Shown: positions 1 through 10,647 of the stretch, one piece after another
How positions within the stretch are numbered: the first letter of the stretch is position 1
Layout: every line of letters begins with the position of its first letter
From: Vitrella brassicaformis CCMP3155
Taxonomy: Eukaryota; Protista; Chromerida
Assembly (NCBI GenBank): GCA_001179505.1
Contig: CDMY01000316.1
Span: 1-64,000, forward strand
Length of the DNA stretch: 64,000 nt
Direction: 5' to 3'
Translations under genes and position numbers: made by a program
Notes under the pieces: model-generated
What the model saw: only the letters and a program-made list of their open reading frames with translations
Database searches by the model: none
What the model was told of the DNA's origin: nothing

Positions 1-214
1 GTCTGTCCGTCTGTGTTGTCTCTCTAGCCTCCCAGTGTGTGCCTACGTATCCGCCACAAGGTCCGTCCCCTCGCCGATCACATACTGAGGCAGACAGCAC
101 ATGCATTTGACCCGCACATCAGTCAGGGGAACACGGGACTCTCACTCAGAGCGGACGGCACGAAAGCATGTGTGTGGCTGGCTACCTCTCTCTCTCTCTC
201 TCGGTTGGCTGAGA

Positions 215-385
215 TCAGTTGGTTGTCTGGTGTGTTTGGCTGCGCGTATGGATGGCTGGTATGCTTCGCGTGTGGGTTTGACCGTTACCAGAGAGAGGAC
301 ATCCGCACCATGACACTTTCGTAACAGAATGGCATCCAAAATGAAAAGGTAACCCCGAGATAAAGCCGACTGGTGGGACCCCCAT
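215..385 (-). pseudogene. Degenerate type-B small ORF (MGVPPVGFISGL..., apparent frameshift)
   Basis: The N-terminus matches MVFPPVGFLSAL of 753-905. The hydrophobic continuation FILDAILL, like FIVDSLM, is in a shifted frame. Confidence 0.5.
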
Positions 386-491
386 TGCAGCGGCAGCGGG
401 TGGGAAAGAGGGTGGGGAGAGGGAGGGAGACGATGGTTCCCCTTAAGGGGAGTGGGGGATTTGGCGGGAGGGTTGGGTAGCCTCTGTGCGA

Positions 492-644
492 TTAGAACGG
501 CGTCCTCTCCCATGGGGAGAGCTCCAGCGGCTCACTACAGGACAAGCCAATCGTGTGTCCCAAGAGGCAGATAAAGGCCAAAATGCTCACGATCTCGAAG
601 ACTTGAGCTATCCACAAGCGAAAGCCGACAGAGGGGAACATCAT
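492..644 (-). CDS. 50-aa hydrophobic small protein, type B (MMFPSVGFRLWIAQVFEIVSILAFICLLGHTIGLSCSEPLELSPWERTPF)
   Basis: ATG at 644 and TAA at 492. Same length and stop position as paralogs 1225-1377 and 753-905. One predicted TM segment. Confidence 0.6.
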   Translation of the reverse strand: MMFPSVGFRLWIAQVFEIVSILAFICLLGHTIGLSCSEPLELSPWERTPF

Positions 645-752
645 CGCCAGAGGGTGAGGGTAGGGAACACGGGAGGGAGACGGGAGGATCAGGGCTGCTT
701 CTGCCGCGGGGTACTGATGGTGGATGGAGGGCGGAGTTGCAGAATCAGGTGC

Positions 753-905
753 CTACCACGGCGTCCGCTCTCGTGGGTCCAGCCATCGTGGGCCGCCACA
801 ATCAGACCCGAGGGCATACTTTAGGCAGCACAGAACCCCGACAACCATGAGAGAATCGACAATGAAGGCAAGCGCCGAGAGGAAGCCGACAGGGGGGAAC
901 ACCAT
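753..905 (-). CDS. 50-aa hydrophobic small protein, type B (MVFPPVGFLSALAFIVDSLMVVGVLCCLKYALGSDCGGPRWLDPRERTPW)
   Basis: ATG at 905, 50 codons. Shares the MVFPPVGF start and ERTP(W/F)-stop end with the other B copies despite a divergent middle. Confidence 0.6.
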   Translation of the reverse strand: MVFPPVGFLSALAFIVDSLMVVGVLCCLKYALGSDCGGPRWLDPRERTPW

Positions 906-1030
906 CGCTGCCTTCCTCCAGACGACAACGCCGTTCGCGGCGGGCGGGTGGGAAAGGGGAGGGTGGGGGACAAGCCGGCTGCTTGTGCAGCGGGGCTGAG
1001 GGGAGGAAAGAGAAGGAACGGCTGAGTGAT

Positions 1031-1183
1031 TCAGTGGGAGACGCTCGGGGCGCAGCGCCACTCGTATTCCCCCACTTGGATCAGGTACCACACTCGTGCG
1101 CAGAAATCCTGAACGTAGTCGAGTATGCCGAGGATACAGTAGACGACGAGGCCAATGTCGATGAGCGAAACCACATCAAGCAT
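1031..1183 (-). CDS. 50-aa hydrophobic small protein, type A (MLDVVSLIDIGLVVYCILGILDYVQDFCARVWYLIQVGEYEWRCAPSVSH)
   Basis: Differs from the 1796-1951 paralog by several third-position synonymous changes, conservative V/L/I swaps and an in-frame 3-nt indel. Confidence 0.65.
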   Translation of the reverse strand: MLDVVSLIDIGLVVYCILGILDYVQDFCARVWYLIQVGEYEWRCAPSVSH

Positions 1184-1224
1184 GGTTCTCTTCTGCTGGT
1201 GCCACGAAGGGAGCCGCTGTGCGC

Positions 1225-1377
1225 TTAGAAAGGAGTCCCTTCCCATGGGGAGAGCGTCAGCGGCTCACTACAGGCCAAGCCAATCGTGTGTCCCAAGAGG
1301 CAGAGAAAGGCCAAAATGCTCACGATCTCGAAGACTAGGGATATCCACATGCAGAAGCCGACAGGGGGGAACACCAT
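1225..1377 (-). CDS. 50-aa hydrophobic small protein, type B (MVFPPVGFCMWISLVFEIVSILAFLCLLGHTIGLACSEPLTLSPWEGTPF)
   Basis: ATG at 1377 and TAA at 1225. Colinear with 492-644. Confidence 0.6.
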   Translation of the reverse strand: MVFPPVGFCMWISLVFEIVSILAFLCLLGHTIGLACSEPLTLSPWEGTPF

Positions 1378-1477
1378 CGTTGCTTTCCACCGAGCACAGC
1401 GGCAGAGGGCGAGGAAGAGCCACAGGAGGAAGGGAGGACCAACTGGCTGCTTGTGCTGGGTGCTGAGGGCGGGGGGG

Positions 1478-1777
1478 NNNNNNNNNNNNNNNNNNNNNNN
1501 NNNNNNNNNNNNNNNNNNNNNNNNNNNNNNNNNNNNNNNNNNNNNNNNNNNNNNNNNNNNNNNNNNNNNNNNNNNNNNNNNNNNNNNNNNNNNNNNNNNN
1601 NNNNNNNNNNNNNNNNNNNNNNNNNNNNNNNNNNNNNNNNNNNNNNNNNNNNNNNNNNNNNNNNNNNNNNNNNNNNNNNNNNNNNNNNNNNNNNNNNNNN
1701 NNNNNNNNNNNNNNNNNNNNNNNNNNNNNNNNNNNNNNNNNNNNNNNNNNNNNNNNNNNNNNNNNNNNNNNNNNNNN
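1478..1777. other. Assembly gap (300 N)
   Basis: Run of N. Confidence 1.
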
Positions 1778-1795
1778 CCAGAGAAGGAGCCGCAG

Positions 1796-1951
1796 TCAGT
1801 GGGAGACGTTCGTCGGGGAGCAGCGCCACTCGTATTCCCCCACTTGGACGAGGTACCACACTCGCGCACAGGTGTCACGGAGGGCGTCGAGTATGCCGAG
1901 GATGCAGTAGACGACGACGCCAATGTCGATGAGCGAAATCAGATCAAGCAT
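1796..1951 (-). CDS. 51-aa hydrophobic small protein, type A (MLDLISLIDIGVVVYCILGILDALRDTCARVWYLVQVGEYEWRCSPTNVSH)
   Basis: Paralog of 1031-1183 with a coding-type substitution pattern on the minus strand. Confidence 0.65.
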   Translation of the reverse strand: MLDLISLIDIGVVVYCILGILDALRDTCARVWYLVQVGEYEWRCSPTNVSH

Positions 1952-2094
1952 GGCTGTTGGTTCTTCGCGGGGGAGACGCGGGGTCAAGATTGTGTTATCA
2001 ACACGCTTCTATTCACGAGACTGACGGGTTTGCGAAAAGCATCTCGAAAGCTTCCTTCCCTCCCCCTTGGACGAGATACCACACTCGCGCGCAG

Positions 2095-4043
2095 ATCCAG
2101 CCGCGGGCCGTTGGACAGCCGTTAGAGAAGCTAGCGCTGTACTGCGGCGAGCGCTTTGCCCCTCACCGTGGCCCTCACCACCGCCCTCTGCTGCAGCCAG
2201 GCTCTCCCGCCGGCGCCGCCCGACCCCTCGCGCAGCGCCACCAGCCGCCCCTTGACCACCAACTTACCCGTCTTCTCGAAGAGCACAACATCACCAGCCC
2301 CTTCTCCAACCTCACCGGCGCTCTTAAGCCGCTTCAAGTAGAAGGACAGCCCTGCGAGAAGGTACTGGAGGATTTCGATTGCGAGAGGATCCATCGGGCC
2401 TTCGGAGGTATGGAGGTCTTCACGGTGCACCCATCTACGTGTGTCTGTCTGTGGGTGTGCACGTGTACGTTTATGTAGCTGACAGGTCCTGAGTTCACGC
2501 TGGCAGACGAGGTCCTCCACCTGGTGCCATACGTGCACCTGGACGGCCTCGTCGACGGCTGCATAGGTCGGGGCGGGCGTGCACACACAGATATTAATCA
2601 TGCACAGAAATCCGTGTGTCGCTCTGGTGTGTAGGCATGCGGGAGGGCGAGAGCCGGCTGGTGAAGGTCAGCACGGCAGGCAGCTCTGGTGGTGCCGAGC
2701 AGGTATGTATGTGTGCACTATATAGATGGGCATTACGACCCTTGGTGTCTTGGGCGATTGTCAGGGTGCTGCTGATGCTGAGCTCGAGCAACGAGGGCGC
2801 CGAAGACGCAGAGGTGCGGACGGGACGGCCTGCGTCCACGTGTATATGGATGGGTGCAGCTGTTGCTCGACGTGGGCCCGGTCAGTCTGCACACGTGCAC
2901 ATACATTTATTTGTCTTTGAGCGCATTCACTGTATGCGTGTCTTCCTTCACAGAGAAGTCCCGGACCTCACCGATGCCCTCGCAAGGCAGGCAGGTGCGC
3001 GACGCCATGACGCTCAAGGAGCTGCCGAGCCAAGTGGAGGACAAGCTGCTCAAGCAGTGCCAGGTGGGTGGGTGGGTGGGTGAGTGACAGAGAGGAAGGG
3101 CAAACATATACAAACAAACGAGCGCATTTGGGCTGTCGACATGTGGTGTGCAGGATGACCGGGAGCGCAATCTTCGCGCCGGCGTCATCGCCGCCCTGCT
3201 CGACTGCACCAACCTCACCATCCCAGCCAGGTACACTCAGATGCACGTGTAGATAATGCCTGACTGCTGCATGGATTGGATGTCTGCAAATTGTGCACAC
3301 AGAGACGCTCATAGTGGAACACGGCAAGGGCAAGTCGGAGGCCTCCAAGGGCCACGACGTCTCCAAAGTCACCAAGGCGGCCGCACTCAGCGACTACCTA
3401 CGCCGGAGACAAGCCGCCATCACACAGTAGGCCTTCAACAGGGCGGCTCTGCTGGACTGCAGACATACACACGTGTGCGTTTGTGTGTGTTGGCAGGGAG
3501 CTGCAGGCGTCATTTATCCTGGATGAGATCGCCGAGAGAGAGGGGCTGACTGTGGCGGTGAATTTCCTTAGTACACGTGCCTGTCTGTGTTTGTTAGCTC
3601 TCTGTGTGTGTCTGTGTAGCCTGACGAGCTGCAAATAAACATCGACACGGTGCAGCAAGACATGAAGACACGGTGGCACACACACGCGCAAGAGAGAACC
3701 CCCCCTCAGCCACACACCCCCAACGCACATATGTCATTTGTGTGTGCAGGAATCCCGAGTGCAGTCGAAGCTCGAGGCAATGCTCATGGCGCAGCGGGTC
3801 ATCGACTGGATCACAGAGAGGTCCGTGACACCCATCCACCCACCCAACCACATACGAAGATAATGGTGGCATCCATCCATCCATCCATCCATTTGTGCTG
3901 ACTACAGGTCGTCAATCAGCTGGGTTCACGAGGCCGAACTGTATGGCGGCAATCTCGACGACAGGCTGGACACGCTCATGCGCCAGACGGAAGCCGCCAA
4001 GGCGACAACCGACACCAAGACAAACACCCGCAACGGCCCCTAA
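2095..4043 (+). CDS. Multi-exon hypothetical protein, partly coiled-coil; start not resolved
   Basis: GC3-rich exon blocks separated by GT-AG introns with CA/TG repeats, e.g. LLEEHNITSPFSNLTGALK, ELPSQVEDKLLKQCQ and NLDDRLDTLMRQTEAAK...NGP-TAA. No ATG found in the first visible exon frame. Confidence 0.55.
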
Positions 4044-4556
4044 TGCTGCTGAGGTACGTTAGGTTCCTGACACACACACAGTGTGCGCAGAAAGATGGAA
4101 TTCTTGATAGATGCGCGCATGTGTGCATGTGTGCATCCCTGACTGTAGGCACATGTCGACTCAGGATGTTCTGGCCCGGCGGGCGCAGCGGACCATGAGC
4201 AGTCTCTGGTGATGTGGTCGGTGCTTGTGTACATATTGAGCTCACGGCAAGGCACACGGAGACCTATCTTGTGTGTGGACTGTATATCTGTACACCAGTT
4301 ACGGGCCTGTTGTGTGCATGCGGTGTGTGGAGGTGTCAAGACCTCACATGCATCGATTTCACCGATTGAATTTCATTGCCTGTTTCGCGTAGTGTCCACA
4401 CATACGTTGACCGTTTGCATCTTCCCCTTCCCCCCCTCTCCTTCAAAATGATGAAAACAAAGTACGACAACAAGAAAAAAAAGAAAGAAAAAGAAAAGAG
4501 ACCGGGGTCTCAAGACATCCATCCATCCACGTGAGACGCAGCCAGCCAGAAACCTC

Positions 4557-4620
4557 TCCGTCTCTCTCTCCGTCTCTCTCTCCGTCTCTCTCTCTCTCTC
4601 TCTCTCTGTCTCTGTCTCTG
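4557..4620. repeat. (TC)n-type microsatellite, representative of abundant (TG/CA), (CAGA), (GGAT) and (GA) repeats in introns and UTRs
   Basis: Directly visible. Confidence 0.95.
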
Positions 4621-4700
4621 CACGTGTGTGTCTGTTTGTCATGGTATGTGTACACCCCTGCTGAAACATACACATGTATACAGCACCCTCTCACGGGAAG

Positions 4701-5497
4701 CTAGTACACGTTAAACTTCTTGAGGTTCTTGATGTAATCGCTGGGGGGGACGAGCTTGTCCGCATAGTCAGAGCCGAATGCCAGGCCATGTTCATCCACC
4801 CCCGTCTTGGCGAAGCAGAAATCCTGGATCGCGGGCTCATTCTTCTTGTTGGTGTAGGCGGCTTGCTTGCGCGTCTCGTTGGATTTGCCGCACCGTCCTT
4901 TCGATCCGAAGGCGTCCCCCTCACTGTAGCAGTGACCTTTCCACACGCCGTAGCCCTTCTCAGCGTCTGTTGGCGTGAGAGTCTTCTCGAGGATGCAGAC
5001 GCGGTCGATTGGGGCGCACGCGTACATGTAGGGTTTTTCGTCGGGATTGAACGGTGACGCCACACGCCACGCGGAACCCTGCTCTTTCTTGATGGAGCAT
5101 TTGTGCTCTGCACAAATGGAAGGAAAAGCATGACAAGATCAATTCATGGACCTGCGCATGCATTGAGGAGGTTAAGTGCCGCTTGCTACCGAAAATTTGC
5201 TGAGTGTGGTGAAGGACGCTGTGGGCCAGGAGGGCAAGGTTGTCGGCGGCCGCCGTGGTGCCGTTGAAGGCATCGATGGCCTCCTGGTAACTGTCGAGCT
5301 GCTCGTGCAGCTGCATGAGGCTCACCGACGACAGCTCAGCAGACGTGCCACCTGCATTGATTGCAATGACAGTGCAGCAGACCGGAGGATGACTGCATGC
5401 AGAGGGACTTACTTTGCTCACGGGCGCACTTGGCGGCGACGAGGAGCTCCAGGAGGATGGTCAGTGCGACCAGAAGGAACGTCTTGTGCGCCGCCAT
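4701..5497 (-). CDS. Small secreted cysteine-containing protein, 3 exons
   Basis: Signal peptide MAAHKTFLLVALTILLELLVAAKCA followed by a GTAAGT donor. The last exon EHKCSIKKEQG...KKFNVY-TAG has several Cys. Confidence 0.75.
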
Positions 5498-5847
5498 CCT
5501 CTTGGAGATACTCGAGATGTCACTAAACTTTGCCCTGCCTCCCCCCATGCGTTGGGGTGCATGCTGACTCGTAAAACACATCATTCTGAGCATTTGGAAC
5601 TTTCTCCGACCAACTGTCTGATCCCACCACAGGCACATCCAATCACGCGCATTCGGTCCGCAATGCAAAGAATGCTTGACAGGGTAGACTTCCCTACCGA
5701 TCAGACACTCATCCTATCCTGCATCCCAAGACCAAAAAACCACACGTCTCATATAGATTCTACAGAACAAGTCGACCTGTACACGGCCAAGCAATATGCC
5801 CGACACGACACACGGCTATCTATCTATCCATCCGTCCGTCTGGCCGT

Positions 5848-6673
5848 CTACCTGGCTCCCCCCTCTGTCTCTCTCTCTGTTGCCGTGCTGGAAGAGGGCG
5901 GGTGAATGTCTTTGCCCAGCAGATTTTGCAGTGAGCTGAACAGCCGGCTGGAGCTCAGCATCTCGGTCGTGGCGATGACGTACCTTCTCGCGCCGCCCTC
6001 CAGCTGGCTCAGCTTGCGCAGGGCCGCCACCTCTGAGTAGGTGCATCCGCCAAGAAAGAACACCACCACCACGGTCGGCCGCTGAGTAAGTGAGACAACC
6101 ACACACGGACACAAACAGACTGGCGCGCGCATCTGGAGGGGGTGGAAGCTGTCTTGCCCACCTTGTCCTTTTCCCTGTCTTTGTTGCGGTCGCTGCTGTG
6201 AAGGGACGTGCCTGACGTACAGCAGAGAACACATGCCACGTATGCATCCATCCATCCATTGTGTGCGTGCATCGCACCGACCGTAGTCAGGCAGCGCGAC
6301 AGTGGTGGGCGGGCTGCCCGGCTGCGTGGAGGGCTGCTGACGCACCTCCAACGCAGGACCCTACACACATACATGGACAGCAAGGAGACACCAATGCAGG
6401 TTTGTTTGTTGGTTGCTGCGTGAGTGTCCCCACCCACCCATAGCAGGTTGAGTCCTTCCTGGCAGCTGCGCCAGCCCTTTGGGTGGCTGTGCAGCTTCTG
6501 AACCAAACGCACTGAACAAGACACAGAGAGAGAGAGGTCATGTTGATGCTGTGTGGCTGTCTGTGGGTGGGGGGAGGGATGTGTGGTGGGATGCCTGATA
6601 GTGGTGCATATCCCGAGCAGACGTATGAGATGTCCAACTGGGCCTCATCCTCCTCTACTATCAGATGGAAACT

Positions 6674-6704
<31 letters not shown>

Positions 6705-9700
6705 GGGGTCAGGTGATGTGCCGCTGCTGGGCGTGTAGCGCTGTGTGCACCTTTTTGATTTGTTCCCATGTGGATCTGCCCTGGTATGACCTCAGCAGCC
6801 CCACCGCATCCAAATTCAGCAGCGCCCCCAACTCGACATAGCCATATGACTGACAACCAACGGAGACACACACAGAGAGAGAAGACACATGCGCACCTCC
6901 GCAGTACACACGCATTTCGTGGGTGTCCGTCCCATGTTACACACACCTGTATGATGCCTCGCTTGAGTGCGTCGAGGTGTTTGCTGCGGATGCCGTTGTT
7001 GACCACCGACGTCAGACACAGCAAACGATACAGCTGACACACACACACACATGTTTCTCGTTCCATCTTTGCTGTGTCGGCCACTCTCACCGACCTCTTG
7101 TATAGGCAGGTTCTTGTCGGTGTAGTCCTCCAGCGCATTCAGCACCTCGCTGCTGGCACCAGACCTCGTGATCTCTGAGCACCCACCGACCGATTTGGTG
7201 AACAGACAGCCCCTCCCCGTCCCTCCCTCCTGGTGTGTGTGTGTGTGTTACCGTCTTCGAGCTGCAGCCGCTTGTGGTAGTCCTCCTCCTTGGTGATGTT
7301 GGATATGTGAGACGCCAGGTTGACGTGCGTCGCCAGGGAGCTGTGCTGCGCCTGACCGCATAATGCACATTAAGGGCACACACATATGGGTGGATTGTCA
7401 TTTGGCGTGACCTGACCTGCTCAGCTGACTGACCTGTACGCCTTTGAATTTCTTCATGAACTCGTTGATCTCGGATATGTTTTTGAGGTTGTCCTTCTCG
7501 CGGTAGGTCTGCTGGATCTGGTTGGCCTTAGCGTGCAGCAGCGGACCTAACACACCGATGTGCAAATCACTGCACATACAGCAAAGGAACCACACACAGG
7601 TGTGGGTGCATGTCGCATGATGCACGCACAGCACTCACCGTATTTCGGCGAACAGTGGGTCGCTCGAGGTCAGGGGCACCTGGCCAAAGCATGACAGACG
7701 GAGGGGAGTGACCATACACACATGGATCTGCCTGGACTGACTTGTGTCATTACTTTGGTTTTCCTGTTGGTGGTCCCCTGTGGCGGCGTCAGGATGGGCG
7801 GCCCGACTTCAATGTGAGCTGACAAGACACAGAGACAGACACAGACCAGCAGCAGAGCACCCATCCGTCTCATTCATGGGTGCGTTGACTGTGTGCCGCG
7901 CTGCTGCCCTACTGTGGTGGATGTTAAAGACGGCGTCCAGGAGACCTGTGGATGCAGAGAAGGCACCACGTGATCACTTGTGGATGTGTGTGATTGTTGC
8001 AATGGTTGGGTACCTTCATAGGTGAACTGTGAGCAGAGGGGCGTGATGAGGTCCACACGGCGGTCAATCAACACCAGGTAGTCTATCTCGCACACACCTG
8101 ACATACAGACACACACACACAATACGCGTGCATACCGACACGCACAGAGGCCCAGTGACTGCCGTTTTCCTGTCTTCACCTTTGCTGCCCTCCCCATCTT
8201 TCTTGCCGCTCGCCACTCCTGCGGCCGCATCAGCAGCAGACGCTGAACCAACCACCCACCCCACCCCACCCCACCCACACGCACATCCACAGACAGATGC
8301 GTGTGTACCCATCCATCCCCCTCTGAGCGCATGCGTAGGATGCATTTCATCAGCTCACCTTCACCGAGTATGTATTTGACGGGCGGCACTGCCGGCAGAC
8401 TCGACGATGAGAACGAGTCGCCACCAGCGCCTGCCGACGTGATGGCCGTGCTGTGCGTGTCGGTGGTGGCCATCTCCTCCCGACGAAAGCGCAGCAACAG
8501 CTCAGTCACATACTGACACACATAGACACAGACACACACACAGACGCCGCCGACGCACACACAGTCGAGAAAGAAGACAAAGATCAGCTCTGTCTGTCTG
8601 GTGCTGTGTGTGTGTGAGGTACCTTTGCGGCCGACCCGATGGCCCGTATGTTCGGGATGGCCCCGCCGCAGTGCTGCTGCAGCTGCCAGATGGACAAGGC
8701 CGCATCGTAAAGGGTCGACGGATCGCCGTGCTAACAGCACACAGACAAGCACACGGACAGGCAGATCGATGCGCAGAGATGGATGGATGGAGGTATGGAT
8801 GGATGGGCCCATTCATCCATCTCATGTATCTCATTGATTGCGCTTACCAGGTGGAAGTCGGTGAAGGCGTGTCTGTGTTCGAGTGAGAGGACGTCGCTAT
8901 CGAGGGGCATCAGCAGCAGGGGGTAGGACCGCAGCTGCACGTCCGCATAGACGTTCTGCTGCTTCAGCGCCTGCACAGATGAAAGAAAGAAACGACACGC
9001 GCAGAACGACTGACTAGATGTGATGGTCGATGGATTGACGCCGCTGATCTGCCTGTCCTGTCTGTGGATTGACCTTACCTGCACGCAGAACTCTGTCCGT
9101 CTCGGCACGAACACCACTGCATACGTCTGAAAGACAGACACGCACACGCACAAACAGCGGGTCAAATGTGGTGGGTCGGTCTCCTGCAGCAGTCGGTGCA
9201 TGTGTACCTTCTCGACGCCTCGCCGCTCGCTGGCCTGAATCTGCATTCTGATAACAAACATGCAAACCACACACATGAGTGTGCGCACACTCATGTGCAC
9301 ACACATGAGTGTGCGCACACTCATGTGTGTGTGGCTCGTGTGGAGCTGACAGGGTGGTGGTGGTCGCTTACGCGATGAGTGGTATGAGTTCGACGGTTGG
9401 CCTGACGAGGAAGATGACCTGCTCGACGTCCGTCGTGATCTCATACGCACCCAACTCAAACCAACTGGTGACGCCATGGTCTCGCAGATCGGACACCTCC
9501 ACAACTGTGTGTGACACACACAGGCAGACAGACAGACAGGCAGGCAGACAGGCGTGTGACGTCTGTCTGTCGATCTGTGTGCTACCTACCGAGTCCCAGC
9601 GGCCCTGCGAGTGTAGAGTCGAGCACCAGCACTTTGCGGCCGGGGTACTGAACACACACACAGAGAGAGAGAAGCGCACAGACAGTGATTCACTCATTCA

Positions 9701-9841
9701 TTTCACTGCTTATGTGCCGGTTGGTTGAGTGAAGCAAACCGTACGTACCTCATCGAGCAGGTCCAGCAGCTGCGCCCTGGCGGCCTCCTTCACCTTCCAT
9801 AGGCTGATGGCGCTGTCCTCCAAATTGCCGACCTTCGACAT
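5848..9841 (-). CDS. VPS33: Sec1/Munc18-family vacuolar sorting protein VPS33
   Basis: Exons encode [56 protein letters not shown] and [17 protein letters not shown], all SM/Vps33 motifs. Start [14 protein letters not shown] at 9841. Exact 3' end uncertain. Confidence 0.93.
9272..9328. repeat. Tandemly duplicated perfect palindrome in a VPS33 intron
   Basis: CACATGAGTGTGCGCACACTCATGTG (26-bp perfect palindrome) occurs twice with a 30-bp period. Confidence 0.95.
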
Positions 9842-10117
9842 GAATCAATGATCCTCACTCACTCTCAAGATCAGAGGCAGTTTCGCCTGGGATCAATCAA
9901 CGAACCACATTCACGGTGTCCTACTCCTATAGATGCCTCTTTGCATCCTCAGTTATGCCTCAACGCCGGCGCCATCTTGGTCGAGTTTGAGCTCGCGACG
10001 CCTCGACCGAAGTTCGTTTAGAAGGCTCAGCGTGCTGCCTGGATGGCGTCATGAGGAGGGTCGACCGTCCCTGTTAGCGCTTCTGACCTCTCCTCTGCTC
10101 TCCTCTCAGCTCAGCCA

Positions 10118-10613
10118 ATGATGGCTGCTGCCTCATCGTGGAGCACCAAGAAGCGGCACCACTCGTCAGCCGCCTCCCACCACCCGTACCAGCCCAACCC
10201 CCCCTCTCACTCCCACCCGCAGCAGCAGGTCCAGGTGGCTTACTACGCCACTCCTCCCAGCAATGTCACCAACGTGCCCTTCGGTGGTCACGCCTTCCAT
10301 CCCTCCAGCCACCATCACTACACCCCGCCTGTGTATGAGCCTCAGGGCAGCGGCAGCAGCAGTGGCAGCCCTTACAGCGGCCAGTGGCCCAGGAGTGGCA
10401 GTGGCCTGGGCAGGGTGACGGGTGGTCATGTGTCGGGGGCGGTTCATGGTGGCCATTCTTCGCATCAGGGGTTGAGGGTGGAGGGGCGCAAGGGGTCGTC
10501 TGGCGGGGACAGGCGGCAAGATGGGGCAAGACATGAACGACGGGCAAATGTGAGGAGCGGAAGCGACGACACTCATCCGGCCATCACACTCGAGACGTCT
10601 GCAGCATGCTGTC

Positions 10614-10647
<34 letters not shown>

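Larger units (their letters stand above)
215..2096 (-). repeat. Tandem array of related short hydrophobic ORFs (types A and B), interrupted by an assembly gap
   Basis: The motif aagccgac-wg-rggggaac recurs near 362, 621, 883 and 1355. Segments 492-644 and 1225-1377 are near-identical, as are 1031-1183 and 1796-1951. A partial A-type copy lies at 2013-2096. Confidence 0.9.

Noticed and set aside
362-1380. CRISPR-like array suggested by a recurring roughly 25-bp motif
   Set aside because: The spacing is about 260-470 bp, the 'spacers' are homologous to each other, the motif is the start of small ORFs, there are no cas genes, and the context is eukaryotic.
983-2125. Plus-strand ORFs 983-1228 and 1286-2125 as the real products of the array
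   Set aside because: Substitutions between A copies are synonymous on the minus strand but non-synonymous on the plus strand, and the longer ORF runs through Ns.
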